A stretch of 57,049 bases of DNA from Lysobacterales bacterium. GTDB lineage: Bacteria; Pseudomonadota; Gammaproteobacteria; Xanthomonadales; Xanthomonadaceae. The DNA is taken from assembly GCA_038213095.1 (NCBI GenBank), contig JBBQTR010000001.1, forward strand, positions 1-57,049. The letters run 5' to 3'. Made by a program: the position numbers and the translations under genes. Below the pieces are notes generated by a model. That model was not told the origin of the DNA. It saw nothing but the letters and a program-made list of their open reading frames with translations, and ran no database searches. The stretch's first letter is position 1; the number at the start of each line of letters is the position of its first letter. Positions 29,353-40,771 of the stretch are shown in pieces.

Positions 29353-31533
29353 TTATCGGTTTGCTGACTGCACTGATACGCCCAGCAGCCAGCCACGCCC
29401 CGGTGCCGGCTCGAAATAACGCGCATTGCTGTCGTTGACGATCAACGAACCAATGGCGTGCCGATCCAGGATGTTGTCCACGCGAGCAAATCCCTCCAGC
29501 GCGACACGACCGAGTTTCCAGCGTCGCTCGACGCCCAGGTCTAGCGTCGCGTAGCCCGGTGCATGCGCAGTGTTGGCATCGTCGGCAAAACTGCGGCCGA
29601 TGGCATTGCCTTGCGCGAAGACATCGACATCGGCACGCGGTGACCAGCGCAACTCAGCCCATGCCAGCCGCGGCGTGGTCGCGGGAATACGGTTGCCTTC
29701 GGCAATCTGCGTATCAGGCTGTGCACACGGCGGCGCGCGGCAAATGCTGAAGCCGTCGCGATAACGCGCGTCCAGGCGGGTGTACGCCAGCGTGTAATGC
29801 CATCGCGAAGCGATTGGCCCAGCGGCAGACAGTTCCCAGCCCTTGCGCTCGCTGGTCGCCGCGTTGGCATAAGTACTGCGTCCGCCAAGATTGCTGGCGA
29901 CGACGAGTTCGTCGCGCGTGTGGCTGGCGAATGTCGCCACCTCAAAGGTGTGTCCACCACGATGCGCACGCAGACCGAGTTCAACGTTGCGGCTTCGCGA
30001 CGGCCGTAACGCATCGTTGAGCCCGCTGCGGCCGTCGGCACGATAGCTGAGCTCGGAAAACGATGGCGTCTCGAACCCGCGGCCTGCATTCGCATAGAGC
30101 TCAAGCCACGCCGATGGCCGATATAGCAATCCGACCACCGGCGTCGTCTGCGTGTAACGCAATGTCCCGCTGTCATCCGGGTTGCCGGCGGCGAGATAGG
30201 CATCACGCGAACGGAAATCGACGCGGCTGTGGCGTACGCCAATGGTCGCGATCCACGGGCGGGAGAATTGCCAGCGTGCTTCGGCATAAGCGTCGTGCGA
30301 TCCGAAACTGTCACGCTCATCGCGCCGCAACGCACCCACGACGCCCAGGTGCGTCCCCACAAAATTCTGGTAACCACGGCGGTGTTCGTTGGAACGTTGG
30401 GATTGGATTCCCAAGGTAAGGCTGGCCGATCGATGCAACAACGTCCCATCGCCGCGCCAGCGCAGATCCGCTCCGGAATATCCACGATCCAGGTCAACCA
30501 CCCCTCCGCCGCTGGCGGGATTGGCTTGGGCCGTCACGGGAATCGATAGCATTTGGAACGTCGCGCGCGTGCCGCGCCACGTATTTAGCGACAGCGCATT
30601 GTGGGTGCCGAGGGCCTGATCGATGTGCACACCAAGTTGGCGCTGTCGCACCGTCTTGCGGGTATCGAATGCCAGTGCCCCTGCACTGGCCGCGCGCGGC
30701 GCCTGCAACGCCTGAGCCAGTGTCAGCCCCTGCGGATCGTCGGCTTTGAGGTCCAGTGCATTGACAGTGAGTGCGAACTTCATGCCGCTCTCGTTGCTTG
30801 CCGTCAATCGGGCTTGCGCGGTGTCGCGGCGTGCACGGCTGTGCTCGCGATAGCCATCCAGATCAAGCCGACCGGCATCAAGACGATACCCCCCGTCGAC
30901 GACACCGTCGTCGCCACGCGTCCATGGGCCAGCCAATGACAGGCTGTTGCGTGAAAGGCCATCGCTACCGCCAGTCACCAGTAACCCGAAAGTCTGCACC
31001 GATGGTGGATCGGCAGTGAAGAATGAGATCACGCCTCCCGACGCATTGCCATACAGCGCGGAAAACGGGCCGCGCAGCACATCCACGCGCGCCAGGGATT
31101 CCAGCGGGATATGCGACACCTGCCCTTGGCCGTCTGGCATCGTGGCCGGGATGCCATCGGCGAAAATCTGCAACCCACGCACGCCAAAACTCGACCGCGC
31201 GCCGACACCGCGAATCGTCAGCTGCACATCCTGCGCCAGGTTCTGGCGATCGCGTGCCGACACGCCAGGGATGCGTTGCAACACCTCCGATACGCTGCGT
31301 TGCGCATGCGCCGGGACGGTCGTGACATCGATCGTGTCGTTCGACGCAGGAGTCCCCTGCACAGTGCGTTGCCCGACCACCACGATCCCAGGCAATGTCG
31401 ACGGCACGGGTGGCGCGGCAAGTGCTCCGTGCGAAGCGCACGCCACCACAAGCAATGCCAGGACGCTCGTCAGTTCCAGACAAGTTCGCGGGCACGCCTT
31501 ATGTCGACTGGATTGAAGTCCTGCAGTGGGCAA
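29353..31533 (-). CDS. TonB-dependent receptor, YncD/PqqU-like
   Basis: RQNLAQDVQLTIRG.GARSSFGVRG...DGIPATMPDGQGQ and RGPFSALYGNASGGVI plug motifs; C-terminal YFEPAPGR. Start uncertain (TTG 31533 chosen). Confidence 0.85.
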   Translation of the reverse strand: MPTAGLQSSRHKACPRTCLELTSVLALLVVACASHGALAAPPVPSTLPGIVVVGQRTVQGTPASNDTIDVTTVPAHAQRSVSEVLQRIPGVSARDRQNLAQDVQLTIRGVGARSSFGVRGLQIFADGIPATMPDGQGQVSHIPLESLARVDVLRGPFSALYGNASGGVISFFTADPPSVQTFGLLVTGGSDGLSRNSLSLAGPWTRGDDGVVDGGYRLDAGRLDLDGYREHSRARRDTAQARLTASNESGMKFALTVNALDLKADDPQGLTLAQALQAPRAASAGALAFDTRKTVRQRQLGVHIDQALGTHNALSLNTWRGTRATFQMLSIPVTAQANPASGGGVVDLDRGYSGADLRWRGDGTLLHRSASLTLGIQSQRSNEHRRGYQNFVGTHLGVVGALRRDERDSFGSHDAYAEARWQFSRPWIATIGVRHSRVDFRSRDAYLAAGNPDDSGTLRYTQTTPVVGLLYRPSAWLELYANAGRGFETPSFSELSYRADGRSGLNDALRPSRSRNVELGLRAHRGGHTFEVATFASHTRDELVVASNLGGRSTYANAATSERKGWELSAAGPIASRWHYTLAYTRLDARYRDGFSICRAPPCAQPDTQIAEGNRIPATTPRLAWAELRWSPRADVDVFAQGNAIGRSFADDANTAHAPGYATLDLGVERRWKLGRVALEGFARVDNILDRHAIGSLIVNDSNARYFEPAPGRGWLLGVSVQSANR

Positions 31534-31780
31534 TGGAATCGAGGAGTTCACGCGATCGCAAGAATAAAACTTCACAACTCCCAGCAAACGTCGTTCATCC
31601 TGCGCAAGGTGTTCATCCAGGTCGACTCCCCGACACGCGCAGGTGTCCAAGCAGGGTTCGCAGGTCAATCTCACGAGGTGATACGGACTGGCGTCAGCGT
31701 GCGGGATGGCCGGGCAGATACGTTTGGATTTCAACACTGACGTTCAGCCGGGACGGGCGATCGCGCAGGATAATAGGCGA

Positions 31781-34700
31781 ATGTCGCAGTTGCCAAACCC
31801 CGCCGGCGATGTGATCGCCGGTTTCCATCCCGCCGTGCGTGCGTGGTTCGAAGGTGCGTTCCCGGGCCCTACCCCAGCACAGCTCCAGGCATGGCCCGCG
31901 ATTGCCGCCGGCCGCAACACACTGGTTGCCGCCCCTACCGGTTCGGGCAAGACGCTGACTGCTTTCCTCGCCGCGATCGACTCGCTGATTCGTGAGGGGC
32001 TGTCGCACGGCCTGAAGGACGCGACTCAAGTCGTCTACATCTCGCCACTGAAGGCGTTGTCCAACGACATCCACATCAACCTGGAAGCGCCGCTGGAAGG
32101 CATCCGCGCGCAACTTGCGCGACAGGGCTTGCCGGACGTGGACATCCGCACTGCGGTGCGCACCGGAGATACGCCGCAGTCCGAGCGTGCGAAGCTTCGC
32201 AGGACCCCGCCGCACATCCTGGTGACGACCCCCGAATCGCTTTACGTTCTGCTCGGATCGGACTCCGGCCGCGCCATGCTGGGATCGACGCGCACGGTCA
32301 TCGTCGACGAAATCCACGCGATGGTGTCGAGCAAGCGCGGCAGCCATCTGTCGTTGTCGCTCGAACGCCTGGAAGCCTTGTGTGGCCGCCGGCTGACCCG
32401 CATCGGCCTGTCGGCGACACAGAAACCCATCGACGAAGTCGCACGCTTTCTCGTCGGTTCCGCCGCGGTTGCCAGCGACGGCACACCCGATTGCGCGATC
32501 GTCGATATTGGTTACACGAAGCAACGCGACCTGGCCCTGGAGCTGCCGCCCGTCCCCCTGCAACCGGTCATGTCGAACGAACAGTGGGAACTCGTCTACG
32601 CCCGCGTCGCGGAACTCGTCGAAAGCCACCGCACGACGCTGCTGTTCGTCAACACGCGACGCATGGCCGAGCGCGCAGCGCGACACCTGGCGGAGCGGCT
32701 TGGCAAGGAGGCCGTCGCCGCGCATCACGGCAGCCTCGCCAAGGAATTGCGCCTGGACGCCGAGCAACGGCTCAAGCGCGGTGAACTCAAGGTGCTGGTC
32801 GCGACCGCGTCGCTCGAACTCGGCATCGATATCGGTGACGTCGACCTCGTCTGCCAGCTTGGCTCACCGCGTTCGATCGCAGCGCTGCTGCAGCGCGTCG
32901 GCCGCGCCGGCCACCATGTCGGCGGCGTGCCCAAGGGTCGGCTGTTTCCGCAGTCGCGCGAAGACCTGGTCGAGTGCGCGGCGCTGCTGGACTGCGTGCG
33001 CCGTGGCGAGCTTGATGCTCTGATCATGCCGAAGGCGCCTCTGGACGTGCTGGCGCAGCAGATCGTCGCCGAAGTCTCCAGCACCGAATGGGACGAGGAC
33101 GCGCTGTACGACTGGACCCGTCGCGCATGGCCCTACGCCGATCTGGAGCGGAAAGTATTCGACGACGTGGTGCGCATGCTCGCCGACGGCTTCAGCACCC
33201 GCCGCGGTCCACGCGCGGGGTACCTGCATCGTGACGCCGTGCACAAGCGATTGCGCGGACGCAAGGGTGGCCGCATGACGGCGGTGATGTCGGGCGGCAC
33301 GATTCCAGACACCGGCGACTATGCCGTGATCATGGAACCGCAGGCGACGATGATCGGCACCGTCAACGAAGACTTCGCCATCGAAAGTTCAGCGGGCGAC
33401 ATCTTCCAGCTCGGCAACGCCAGTTATCGCGTACTGCGCGTGGAACCCGGACGGGTGCGTGTCGAAGATGCGCAGGGCATGCCGCCGAACATTCCGTTCT
33501 GGCTGGGCGAAGCGCCCGGGCGCAGTGATGAATTGTCGATCGGCGTGTCACGGTTGCGTGCTGAAGTGTCGCAACGTCTCGCGCTTGGTGAAGATGCCGT
33601 CGTCGCCTGGCTGATCGACGAGGTCGGCATGGTGCCCGAGGCTGCGCGGCAAATCGCCGATTACTTCGCCCGCCAGCAAGCCGCGCTCGGCGTCATGCCG
33701 ACCCAGCAGACACTCGCGATGGAGCGCTTCTTCGATGAATCCGGCGGCACCCAGCTGGTCATCCATACGCCTTACGGCAGCCGCATCAATCGCGCCTGGG
33801 GCTTGGCATTGCGCAAGCGCTTCTGCCGTAAGTTCAACTTCGAATTGCAAGCCGCGGCGACGGAAAATTCGATCGTGCTGTCGCTGTCGACCAGCCATAG
33901 CTTTCCCCTGATCGATGTTGCCCATTACCTGCACTCCAACAGCGCGTGCGACGTTCTGGTGCAGGCACTGCTCGATGCACCGCTGTTTGGCGCACGCTGG
34001 CGCTGGAACGCCACCACCGCGCTGGCCCTGCCGCGTTTCATTGGTGGCAAGAAAGTCCCGCCGCAACTCCAGCGGATGAAATCGGAAGACCTGCTGGCCA
34101 CGGTGTTTCCCGATCAGGTGGCCTGCGCCGAGAACCTCGTCGGCGAACGCGAAGTCCCCGACCATCCACTGGTCGCACAGACACTGGATGACTGCCTGCA
34201 CGAAGCAATGGATAGCGAAGGCTGGATTGCATTGCTGCGCAAGCTGGAATCCGGCGAGGTTGCGATCGTCGCGCGCGATCTCACCGCGCCCTCTCCGTTC
34301 GCCGCCGAAGCCCTGAATGCACGCCCGTATGCATTCCTCGACGACGCCCCGCTGGAAGAGCGCCGTACGCAGGCGGTGATGAGCCGTCGTTACAGCGAAG
34401 CCGACAGTGCCGAAGACCTGGGTCGCCTCGATCCCGCCGCCATCGAGTCGGTGCGCGAGCAGGCGTGGCCGCAGGTCCGCAATCCCGATGAAATGCACGA
34501 GGCGTTGATGGGACTGGGCTGCGTGACCGACGACGAAGCGCAGGCATCGGACTGGATGCAGTGGCTGCACAAGCTGGCGAAGGAGCATCGTGCGACACGC
34601 GTCAACACCTTGTGGTTCGCCGCAGAGCGCTTGCCGCAGGCGCGGGCGTTGTACCCGGATGCAAACTGCGAGCCTTCCATCGAAGCACCTGCAGAATTTG

Positions 34701-36136
34701 CGGCACAACCCTGGTCGCGCGAAGACGCCGGACTGGAACTGGTGCGTTCGCGCATGAGCGGTCTCGGCCCGACGACGGCGGATGCACTCGCCGCCACACT
34801 GACGCTACCTCGACTGGATGTCGACACCGCATTGCTGGGCCTGGAAAGCGAAGGCCATGTCATGCGCGGCAGGTTCACGGCAGCCGCACCCGCTGACGAA
34901 TGGTGCGAGCGCCACCTGCTTGCGCGTATCCATCGTTACACGATTGGCCGATTACGCCGCGAAATCGAACCGGTCGAGCCACGAGACTTCATGAGGTTCC
35001 TGTTCGACTGGCAGCGCGTGTCGAAGGACACGCGCGTCAGTGGCCCCGAAGCACTCGCTAGCGTGCTTGCACAGCTTGAAGGCTTCGAGGCCCCGGCCGG
35101 TGCATGGGAAACCGAATTGCTGCCCGCGCGGATCAGCGATTATTCGATCTCATGGCTGGACGACCTCTGCACGGCCGGCCGCATTGCATGGACGCGACTG
35201 CGCGGTGCGGCCACGACCTCCGAAAGCAACGGGCGCACCGCTCCGGTGCGCGCGACGCCCATCGTGCTGCTGCCGCGCCGTCAACTGCCGCTGTGGACAC
35301 GCCTGACCGCGATCCAACGTGAGGATGACCCGAAACTTTCCACGCGTGCGGAAAAAGTCGCAGACTTCCTCCGCGAGCACGGTGCGTCTTTCTTCGACGA
35401 ACTGGTCACCGGCGCGCACCTGCTGCGCACGGAGCTGGAAGACGCACTTGCCGAACTCGTCGCCCGCGGCCGCGTGCATTGCGACAGCTTCGCCGGCTTG
35501 CGCGCCTTGCTGGTACCACAATCGAAACGTCCCTCGGCGTATTCACGTCGCGGCCGGCGCGCGGCCCTGTTCGGGATCGAGGATGCGGGTCGCTGGACGC
35601 TGACTCGGCGCGCTTCCGCCGCATCCACGCCGGCGAAGATCGAACCCGAAGCGATCGAACACATTGCCCGCACGCTGCTGCGCCGTTACGGCGTCGTCTG
35701 CTGGCGCCTGCTTGAACGCGAAGCAGCATGGCTGCCACCGTGGCGCGAGTTGTTGCGCGTTTACCACCGGCTGGAAGCGCGCGGCGAACTGCGCGGCGGC
35801 CGCTTTGTGGCCGGATTGAGCGGCGAACAGTTTGCGCTGGCGGAAGCAATCACCGTGCTGCGGCAGGTGCGCAAGCGCGAGCACGATGGCGCCATGATCA
35901 GCCTGTCGGCGCTGGATCCACTGAACCTCGTCGGCACGTTGCTGCCCGGTGCCAAGGTGCCGCGCCAACTCGGCGCTCGCGTGGTGCTGCGCGACGGACT
36001 ACCACTGGCCTCACTGGTCGCAGGAAACGTCGAACTGTTGACTCCACTCTCCCCCGAAGACGAACGAGCCGCACGCAAGGCGTTGTTGCGCGAGCCTGAG
36101 TCGATCTTCGCGATCGAAACGGCATTGGCTTCCTGA
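31781..36136 (+). CDS. lhr: Lhr-family ATP-dependent DNA helicase (long form)
   Basis: [46 protein letters not shown] and QRVGRAGH, with an extended C-terminal winged-helix/AlkZ-like region ([16 protein letters not shown]). Confidence 0.92.
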   Translation: MSQLPNPAGDVIAGFHPAVRAWFEGAFPGPTPAQLQAWPAIAAGRNTLVAAPTGSGKTLTAFLAAIDSLIREGLSHGLKDATQVVYISPLKALSNDIHINLEAPLEGIRAQLARQGLPDVDIRTAVRTGDTPQSERAKLRRTPPHILVTTPESLYVLLGSDSGRAMLGSTRTVIVDEIHAMVSSKRGSHLSLSLERLEALCGRRLTRIGLSATQKPIDEVARFLVGSAAVASDGTPDCAIVDIGYTKQRDLALELPPVPLQPVMSNEQWELVYARVAELVESHRTTLLFVNTRRMAERAARHLAERLGKEAVAAHHGSLAKELRLDAEQRLKRGELKVLVATASLELGIDIGDVDLVCQLGSPRSIAALLQRVGRAGHHVGGVPKGRLFPQSREDLVECAALLDCVRRGELDALIMPKAPLDVLAQQIVAEVSSTEWDEDALYDWTRRAWPYADLERKVFDDVVRMLADGFSTRRGPRAGYLHRDAVHKRLRGRKGGRMTAVMSGGTIPDTGDYAVIMEPQATMIGTVNEDFAIESSAGDIFQLGNASYRVLRVEPGRVRVEDAQGMPPNIPFWLGEAPGRSDELSIGVSRLRAEVSQRLALGEDAVVAWLIDEVGMVPEAARQIADYFARQQAALGVMPTQQTLAMERFFDESGGTQLVIHTPYGSRINRAWGLALRKRFCRKFNFELQAAATENSIVLSLSTSHSFPLIDVAHYLHSNSACDVLVQALLDAPLFGARWRWNATTALALPRFIGGKKVPPQLQRMKSEDLLATVFPDQVACAENLVGEREVPDHPLVAQTLDDCLHEAMDSEGWIALLRKLESGEVAIVARDLTAPSPFAAEALNARPYAFLDDAPLEERRTQAVMSRRYSEADSAEDLGRLDPAAIESVREQAWPQVRNPDEMHEALMGLGCVTDDEAQASDWMQWLHKLAKEHRATRVNTLWFAAERLPQARALYPDANCEPSIEAPAEFAAQPWSREDAGLELVRSRMSGLGPTTADALAATLTLPRLDVDTALLGLESEGHVMRGRFTAAAPADEWCERHLLARIHRYTIGRLRREIEPVEPRDFMRFLFDWQRVSKDTRVSGPEALASVLAQLEGFEAPAGAWETELLPARISDYSISWLDDLCTAGRIAWTRLRGAATTSESNGRTAPVRATPIVLLPRRQLPLWTRLTAIQREDDPKLSTRAEKVADFLREHGASFFDELVTGAHLLRTELEDALAELVARGRVHCDSFAGLRALLVPQSKRPSAYSRRGRRAALFGIEDAGRWTLTRRASAASTPAKIEPEAIEHIARTLLRRYGVVCWRLLEREAAWLPPWRELLRVYHRLEARGELRGGRFVAGLSGEQFALAEAITVLRQVRKREHDGAMISLSALDPLNLVGTLLPGAKVPRQLGARVVLRDGLPLASLVAGNVELLTPLSPEDERAARKALLREPESIFAIETALAS

Positions 36137-36268
36137 GTGTTGAACTTGCATTTGCGGCCGTCGAGGGTCATCAGACACGTCAACCCGAGATCGTTCACCA
36201 AGTTCCACCTTGGATGACGACTTTCTGCCGGACGCGGCTTTATTGATGGGTTGCGGGCAACGCCAACC

Positions 36269-37012
36269 TCAATACATTTCGTACTCGAGCTGGAACCGCA
36301 CCGTCGCATCGGGCGCGGCATGGTTCAGGCCAGCCAGCACCGCGGCGTTGTAACGCAGCTTGTCGCGACCGTGCAGCCGCTTCATGCCAAACACCGCGGG
36401 TCCGGCGATATGCGAATCGCCCTGCCCGAGATGGTCGACCTCACCCAGTTTTCCGAAACCCTGCACGCCCCATTCCAACGCCTCGTTCCCCCGCCACTTG
36501 ACCTGCCATGCGTAGCTCAGGTCAACGGCATGACTAGCGCCAGCGCCAACTTCACGATCAAAACGGAAATTAAGGTTGGTAACGGTAGGACCGATTTCCT
36601 TCTGCAAGAGCGGGCCGATCTTCAACGTGTCCGGGCCGCTCGCGAATTTGTGCTCGTACTCGGCCAGCAGGCCCACATCCATCCAATGCTGGCCTTGCTC
36701 TGTCAGCACGAAGACGTTTTCCCACTCCAGCGATTCCAGGCGTCCGCGCTCGCCGCCCTCGGAGGAATACTCGAGCACCGCTTCAGTGCGCCAGCGGCTG
36801 TTGACACCATAGCCAACGTCGAACACGAATCCGCGTTCGTTCGCTGCGTGATTGAAATCGCGAAACCCTCCGCGAAGTTCGAATTCGGTTTCCCCCTGCT
36901 CGACCACCGGCGCGTAGACCGTATCGGCGGCGCCGGCCATGACCATGGCGCCTGGGGCGGCCGTACAAAGCAGCAGCAGTGTACGCAGTAGCAGATGTCG
37001 ATATGCAGTCAT
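36269..37012 (-). CDS. Putative outer-membrane beta-barrel protein (third gene of the iron-uptake cluster)
   Basis: Signal peptide, VYAPVVEQGE motif, alternating amphipathic strands and aromatic C-terminus RFQLEYEMY. Confidence 0.7.
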   Translation of the reverse strand: MTAYRHLLLRTLLLLCTAAPGAMVMAGAADTVYAPVVEQGETEFELRGGFRDFNHAANERGFVFDVGYGVNSRWRTEAVLEYSSEGGERGRLESLEWENVFVLTEQGQHWMDVGLLAEYEHKFASGPDTLKIGPLLQKEIGPTVTNLNFRFDREVGAGASHAVDLSYAWQVKWRGNEALEWGVQGFGKLGEVDHLGQGDSHIAGPAVFGMKRLHGRDKLRYNAAVLAGLNHAAPDATVRFQLEYEMY

Positions 37013-37082
37013 TGACGTTCTTCAGGCGAAGGGAAACACCAAGCCACGATTTCGGCCCGGATGGATTGCAGTCATGCGAAAA

Positions 37083-37439
37083 CTACTTTGCGAGCAGGGC
37101 GCCCTGCGCGGTGTCGCTGTGGAAATCGCCGAAGAACGGGTAGCGCCCCGGCTTCAATGGGCTGATATAAACCGGGGCCGTGGCATGGCCAGTGACGACT
37201 TTTTCCCGATTGAGTTCATGGCTCTCGAACTCTTCGGGCGTTGCATCTTCGTTGACGACGATGAGCTTGAACTTGATGTTGGCAGGCACGATCAGTTCGG
37301 CCGGGACAAACCGGTGATCGCGGATCACCAGTCGCACTTCAGGAGGATCGTTGGCGATGGCTGGCAGCGCAGTCGCTGCAAGCAGGAATAAGCCAACTGA
37401 CAACATGACGTTCAATCTGGGCACGCAGGCAAGCCTCAT
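37083..37439 (-). CDS. Cupredoxin-domain periplasmic protein (EfeO/FtrB-like)
   Basis: GAGGA RBS, signal peptide, RFVPAEL, PEEFES..LNREKV and PGRYPFFGDFH. Confidence 0.85.
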   Translation of the reverse strand: MRLACVPRLNVMLSVGLFLLAATALPAIANDPPEVRLVIRDHRFVPAELIVPANIKFKLIVVNEDATPEEFESHELNREKVVTGHATAPVYISPLKPGRYPFFGDFHSDTAQGALLAK

Positions 37440-37452
37440 GACAGGCACATCC

Positions 37453-38289
37453 TCATTGGGTAGCGCTGGGCATTGCGTTGATCGTCTGGCGACGTGGTGC
37501 GGCCAGGCGCGCACCGCCACTCAACAGGAGCACGATCGAGAGATAGGACAACACCTGCATGCCGCTGGGCCGCGCTGTGTATCCCACCAGCGCATGCAGC
37601 GTGCGGCCGAACCATGCATCGTCGCTGAGCAACCTGGTGGTATCCCATATCGGATTCGCCAATGTCGGCAGCACATCGGCCTGAGTGAGGAATCCAACTG
37701 CAGCCGCCGTCAGTCCCGCAGCCAGCAGGATCAGCAAGCCATTGGTCGCGCGAAAGAAATGTCGCATCGGGATTTTCAACAGCCCTGCGTACATGGCGAC
37801 GCCTGCCGCGGTGCCGCTGGCAAGACCGAGTAACCCGCCGGCCAGCAGATCGCCCGAGCCCGACCCCCCTGCAAACATGCCGTAACTGAACAGCACCACT
37901 TCCGAGCCTTCGCGCAATATTGCGATGGCCACCACAAGCATCAAGGCGGTCAACGGGCGCCGGCCGGAGGAAACGTCGTCGCCATAACGTCCGGCTTCCA
38001 GCGCCAGCGCGCGACCGTGACGTGCCATCCAGACCACGTGCCATCCGATCATCGCGGTCGCCGCGAGGAGCACGCCGGCGTTGAACCATTCCTGGCCCAT
38101 CCCGCTCATCGCATCGGCCAGGCGCCCTGCGAACATCGCGACGATGCCCGCGCCCGCACAGCCCAACGCCAGGCCCGAGCCAATCCAGCGCCAGCGGCCT
38201 GCGACACCACGGGTAGCAGCCGCTACGACGCTGACGATCATCGCCGCCTCGAGCACTTCCCGGAACACCAGAATCCAGATCGCGAGCAT
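37453..38289 (-). CDS. FTR1-family iron permease (EfeU/FtrC-like)
   Basis: Two RExxE motifs (REVLE, REGSE), about seven TM helices and C-terminal LVGYTARPS. Confidence 0.92.
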   Translation of the reverse strand: MLAIWILVFREVLEAAMIVSVVAAATRGVAGRWRWIGSGLALGCAGAGIVAMFAGRLADAMSGMGQEWFNAGVLLAATAMIGWHVVWMARHGRALALEAGRYGDDVSSGRRPLTALMLVVAIAILREGSEVVLFSYGMFAGGSGSGDLLAGGLLGLASGTAAGVAMYAGLLKIPMRHFFRATNGLLILLAAGLTAAAVGFLTQADVLPTLANPIWDTTRLLSDDAWFGRTLHALVGYTARPSGMQVLSYLSIVLLLSGGARLAAPRRQTINAMPSATQ

Positions 38290-38324
38290 GTCGCCTCAGC
38301 CGCCGATGAACTAACCAGAGAGTC

Positions 38325-38346
38325 AATGATAATGGTTCTCATTGGC
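38325..38346. promoter_or_regulatory. Fur box
   Basis: GATAATGGTTCTCATTGGC (38328-38346) matches GATAATGATAATCATTATC at 14/19 positions, about 40 bp upstream of the FTR1 start. Confidence 0.8.
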
Positions 38347-38416
38347 ATTGCAAGCTCGGATTGAGATTTCGTGCCGCTCCATGCCAAATGGATGCCGCTC
38401 CCACCGCCGGCCGCCC

Positions 38417-40117
38417 ATGTCCGCTCCACTGATTCAGCAAATTCCTCCGGCCTCGCCCCTGCAGTCAACGTGGCGCTGGCGTGGCGTGATGCTGGGCGTT
38501 GTCCTGCTGGCCGTATGGTTTGCCGGCCTGCAATCGCGATCCCTGTTCGAACCCGATGAAGGTCGCTACGCCGAAATCGCCCGCGAGATGTTCGCCAGCG
38601 GCGACTGGGTCATGCCGCGCTTCGACGGCTTCAAGTTCTACGACAAGCCACCGCTGCAGTACTGGACCACGGCATTGAGCTACGAGCTATTTGGCGTGGA
38701 TCACTGGACTGCACGCCTGTGGAGTGCATTGACAGGATTGCTATGCATCCTGGCGACCTGGTACGCCGCGCGCCGCGTGTGGGGCGCGCGCGAAGGCCGC
38801 CTCGCCGGACTCGTCTGCGCAGGCATGTTCCTCATCGTGGCCGCCGCTCACATCACGTCGCTCGACATGGGCGTCGCTGGCTTCCTGACGGCGGCGCTGT
38901 GTGCATTCCTGATCGCGGAATTCGGTTGCGATACGCCGGCGTCACAACGTCGCTGGATGCTGCTCACGTGGCTTGCGATGGCGCTTGCCGTGTTGTCGAA
39001 GGGATTGATCGGTATCGTGTTCCCGGGCGGCGCGCTGTTTGTCTACTTGTTGTGGAAGCGAGACTGGACGTTGTTGCGTCGCGTGCAGCTGCTCCCTGGA
39101 CTTGCACTGCTGCTGGTGGTCACCGTGCCTTGGTTCGTGCTGCTTGCGCGCCGCGACGATCAATTCCTGTCGTTCTTCTTCATCCATGAACATTTCGGCC
39201 GTTTCCTGTCGAAAGTCGCCAACCGCAACCAACCGTGGTGGTACTACCTGCCCATCGCAGCCGTGGGACTGCTGCCGTGGACGGGGTTTCTGCTGCAGTC
39301 CGTGCGCGCGTCATGGCAACGTGCGCGCCAGGCAGGTGACAACGCTGCTGGTCTCGTCCTGATCTATGCCACGGTGGTTTTGTTGTTCTTTTCACTGTCG
39401 GGCGCAAAACTGCCGTTATATGTATTGCCGATGTTCCCCGCTTTGGCGCTGCTGATTGGGCGTACATTGCCCGGGTTGACCCACGACATGATTGCGCGAC
39501 GCCTGCTGTGGATTGCGATTCCAGCGGTCCTGGGTGCCGCGATCGCATTCGCCCTGCCGCACATGTCATCGCCGCTGGTCCCACAGACGGCATATTCCGC
39601 GTTGCTTGGTCCTGCGGCGGTCGCAATGGCGATGCTGGCGATTGGCACGGGCCTTGGGGTGGGGCTTGCACGGCGCGGCCGCGTCGATGTCGCGATCGCA
39701 GCCGCCGCGATCGGCGGACTACTGTTTGCGCAAGGTCTGTTGTTCGCGTATCAGCGATTGTCGCCAGGCTCATCCGCGCAGACGATGGCAACCCTGGCCA
39801 AGCCATACATTCGTGCGGACGCGCCGGTGTACGCCGTGCAGATGTTTTATCGCGGCCTGCCGTTCTATCTGCAGCGGCCGGTCACGCTCGCAGACGAGCG
39901 TCCTTACGATCTCCTGGCTGGCATCGACTGGGAACCGGCGTTGCAGATTCCGGATCTGGCTGGTTTCGCGACAGCATGGTCAGCCCATCCAGGCGCCGTG
40001 GCCTTCATGCCGCTGGCAACACTCCAGGCGCTAACCGCGCAGGGATTGCCAATGCATGTCGTCGCGCGGACGAGCGACACCATCATCGTGCGTAACGACC
40101 TGGGTATTGCGCACTGA
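38417..40117 (+). CDS. ArnT-like GT-C glycosyltransferase (GT83/PMT_2)
   Basis: EPDEGRYAEIAREM..SGDW, YDKPPL.YW and LSKGLIG, with many TM helices. Confidence 0.9.
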   Translation: MSAPLIQQIPPASPLQSTWRWRGVMLGVVLLAVWFAGLQSRSLFEPDEGRYAEIAREMFASGDWVMPRFDGFKFYDKPPLQYWTTALSYELFGVDHWTARLWSALTGLLCILATWYAARRVWGAREGRLAGLVCAGMFLIVAAAHITSLDMGVAGFLTAALCAFLIAEFGCDTPASQRRWMLLTWLAMALAVLSKGLIGIVFPGGALFVYLLWKRDWTLLRRVQLLPGLALLLVVTVPWFVLLARRDDQFLSFFFIHEHFGRFLSKVANRNQPWWYYLPIAAVGLLPWTGFLLQSVRASWQRARQAGDNAAGLVLIYATVVLLFFSLSGAKLPLYVLPMFPALALLIGRTLPGLTHDMIARRLLWIAIPAVLGAAIAFALPHMSSPLVPQTAYSALLGPAAVAMAMLAIGTGLGVGLARRGRVDVAIAAAAIGGLLFAQGLLFAYQRLSPGSSAQTMATLAKPYIRADAPVYAVQMFYRGLPFYLQRPVTLADERPYDLLAGIDWEPALQIPDLAGFATAWSAHPGAVAFMPLATLQALTAQGLPMHVVARTSDTIIVRNDLGIAH

Positions 40118-40121
40118 CGAC

Positions 40122-40652
40122 TCAGGCCGCCTGCTCCAGGACCACTGCTGCCGCATGGACAACCGCGGCAATCTTCAATGCGCTTTGAACACCCTGCGCA
40201 CTGACGCCATGTTCGCGGATCACGCGCTCGTGCGAATCCATGCAGGCACCGCATCCATTGATGGCCGATACCGCAAGTGAGGCGAGCTCGAACGTGATCT
40301 TGTCCAGCCCGGAATTGCCCATGACATTCATGCGCAACCCCATACGCAACTGGCCGTATTCGTCATTGTGGATCAGGTGCGTGGCGCGATAGTAGATGTT
40401 ATTCATCGCCATGATTGCCGAAGCAGCTTTTGCCCCGTGGATCTGTTCGGGCGACAGTTGTTCGGCGGCGAATGTTTCGATGGCGGCCATCAGCGGTGCG
40501 TGCCGCGCCGCCATCGCCGACGCCAACGCAACCGCGCGCACCTGCATGCCGTCCAGACCCGCTGCGCCGCTCTCGCTCAACACCGAGTCAAGGTTGAGCT
40601 TGATGTCTTTTGCGTAATCGGGAATCGCGTTACGCAACTCGGACATATTCAT
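40122..40652 (-). CDS. ahpD: Alkyl hydroperoxide reductase AhpD
   Basis: IPDYAKDIKLNL, MAMNNIYY and SAINGCGACMDSH (CxxC); GGAG RBS. Confidence 0.92.
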   Translation of the reverse strand: MNMSELRNAIPDYAKDIKLNLDSVLSESGAAGLDGMQVRAVALASAMAARHAPLMAAIETFAAEQLSPEQIHGAKAASAIMAMNNIYYRATHLIHNDEYGQLRMGLRMNVMGNSGLDKITFELASLAVSAINGCGACMDSHERVIREHGVSAQGVQSALKIAAVVHAAAVVLEQAA

Positions 40653-40678
40653 GATTCGTTCTCCAGTTGTAAGAAATT

Positions 40679-40710
40679 GCAAAAACAAAGGCGGCCGAAG
40701 CCGCCTTTGT
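40679..40710 (-). terminator. Hairpin/terminator between ahpC and ahpD
   Basis: ACAAAGGCGGC-TTCG-GCCGCCTTTGT followed by TTTT on the minus strand. Confidence 0.65.
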
Positions 40711-40771
40711 ACCGCGCAGCAGCGGGAGAAGAGTCCCGTTTGGGACGACAAGCCGCGCTGGAACCAAAGCT

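Noticed and set aside
24999-33023. Antisense and alternative-frame ORFs over the exonuclease, pip, receptor and lhr genes (e.g. 24999-26003, 26795-27676, 31694-32767)
   Set aside because: They overlap confidently assigned genes and have no protein-family motifs.
31781-36136. Large helicase as an anti-phage defence system
   Set aside because: Motifs match housekeeping Lhr, with no adjacent nuclease, methylase or other defence genes.
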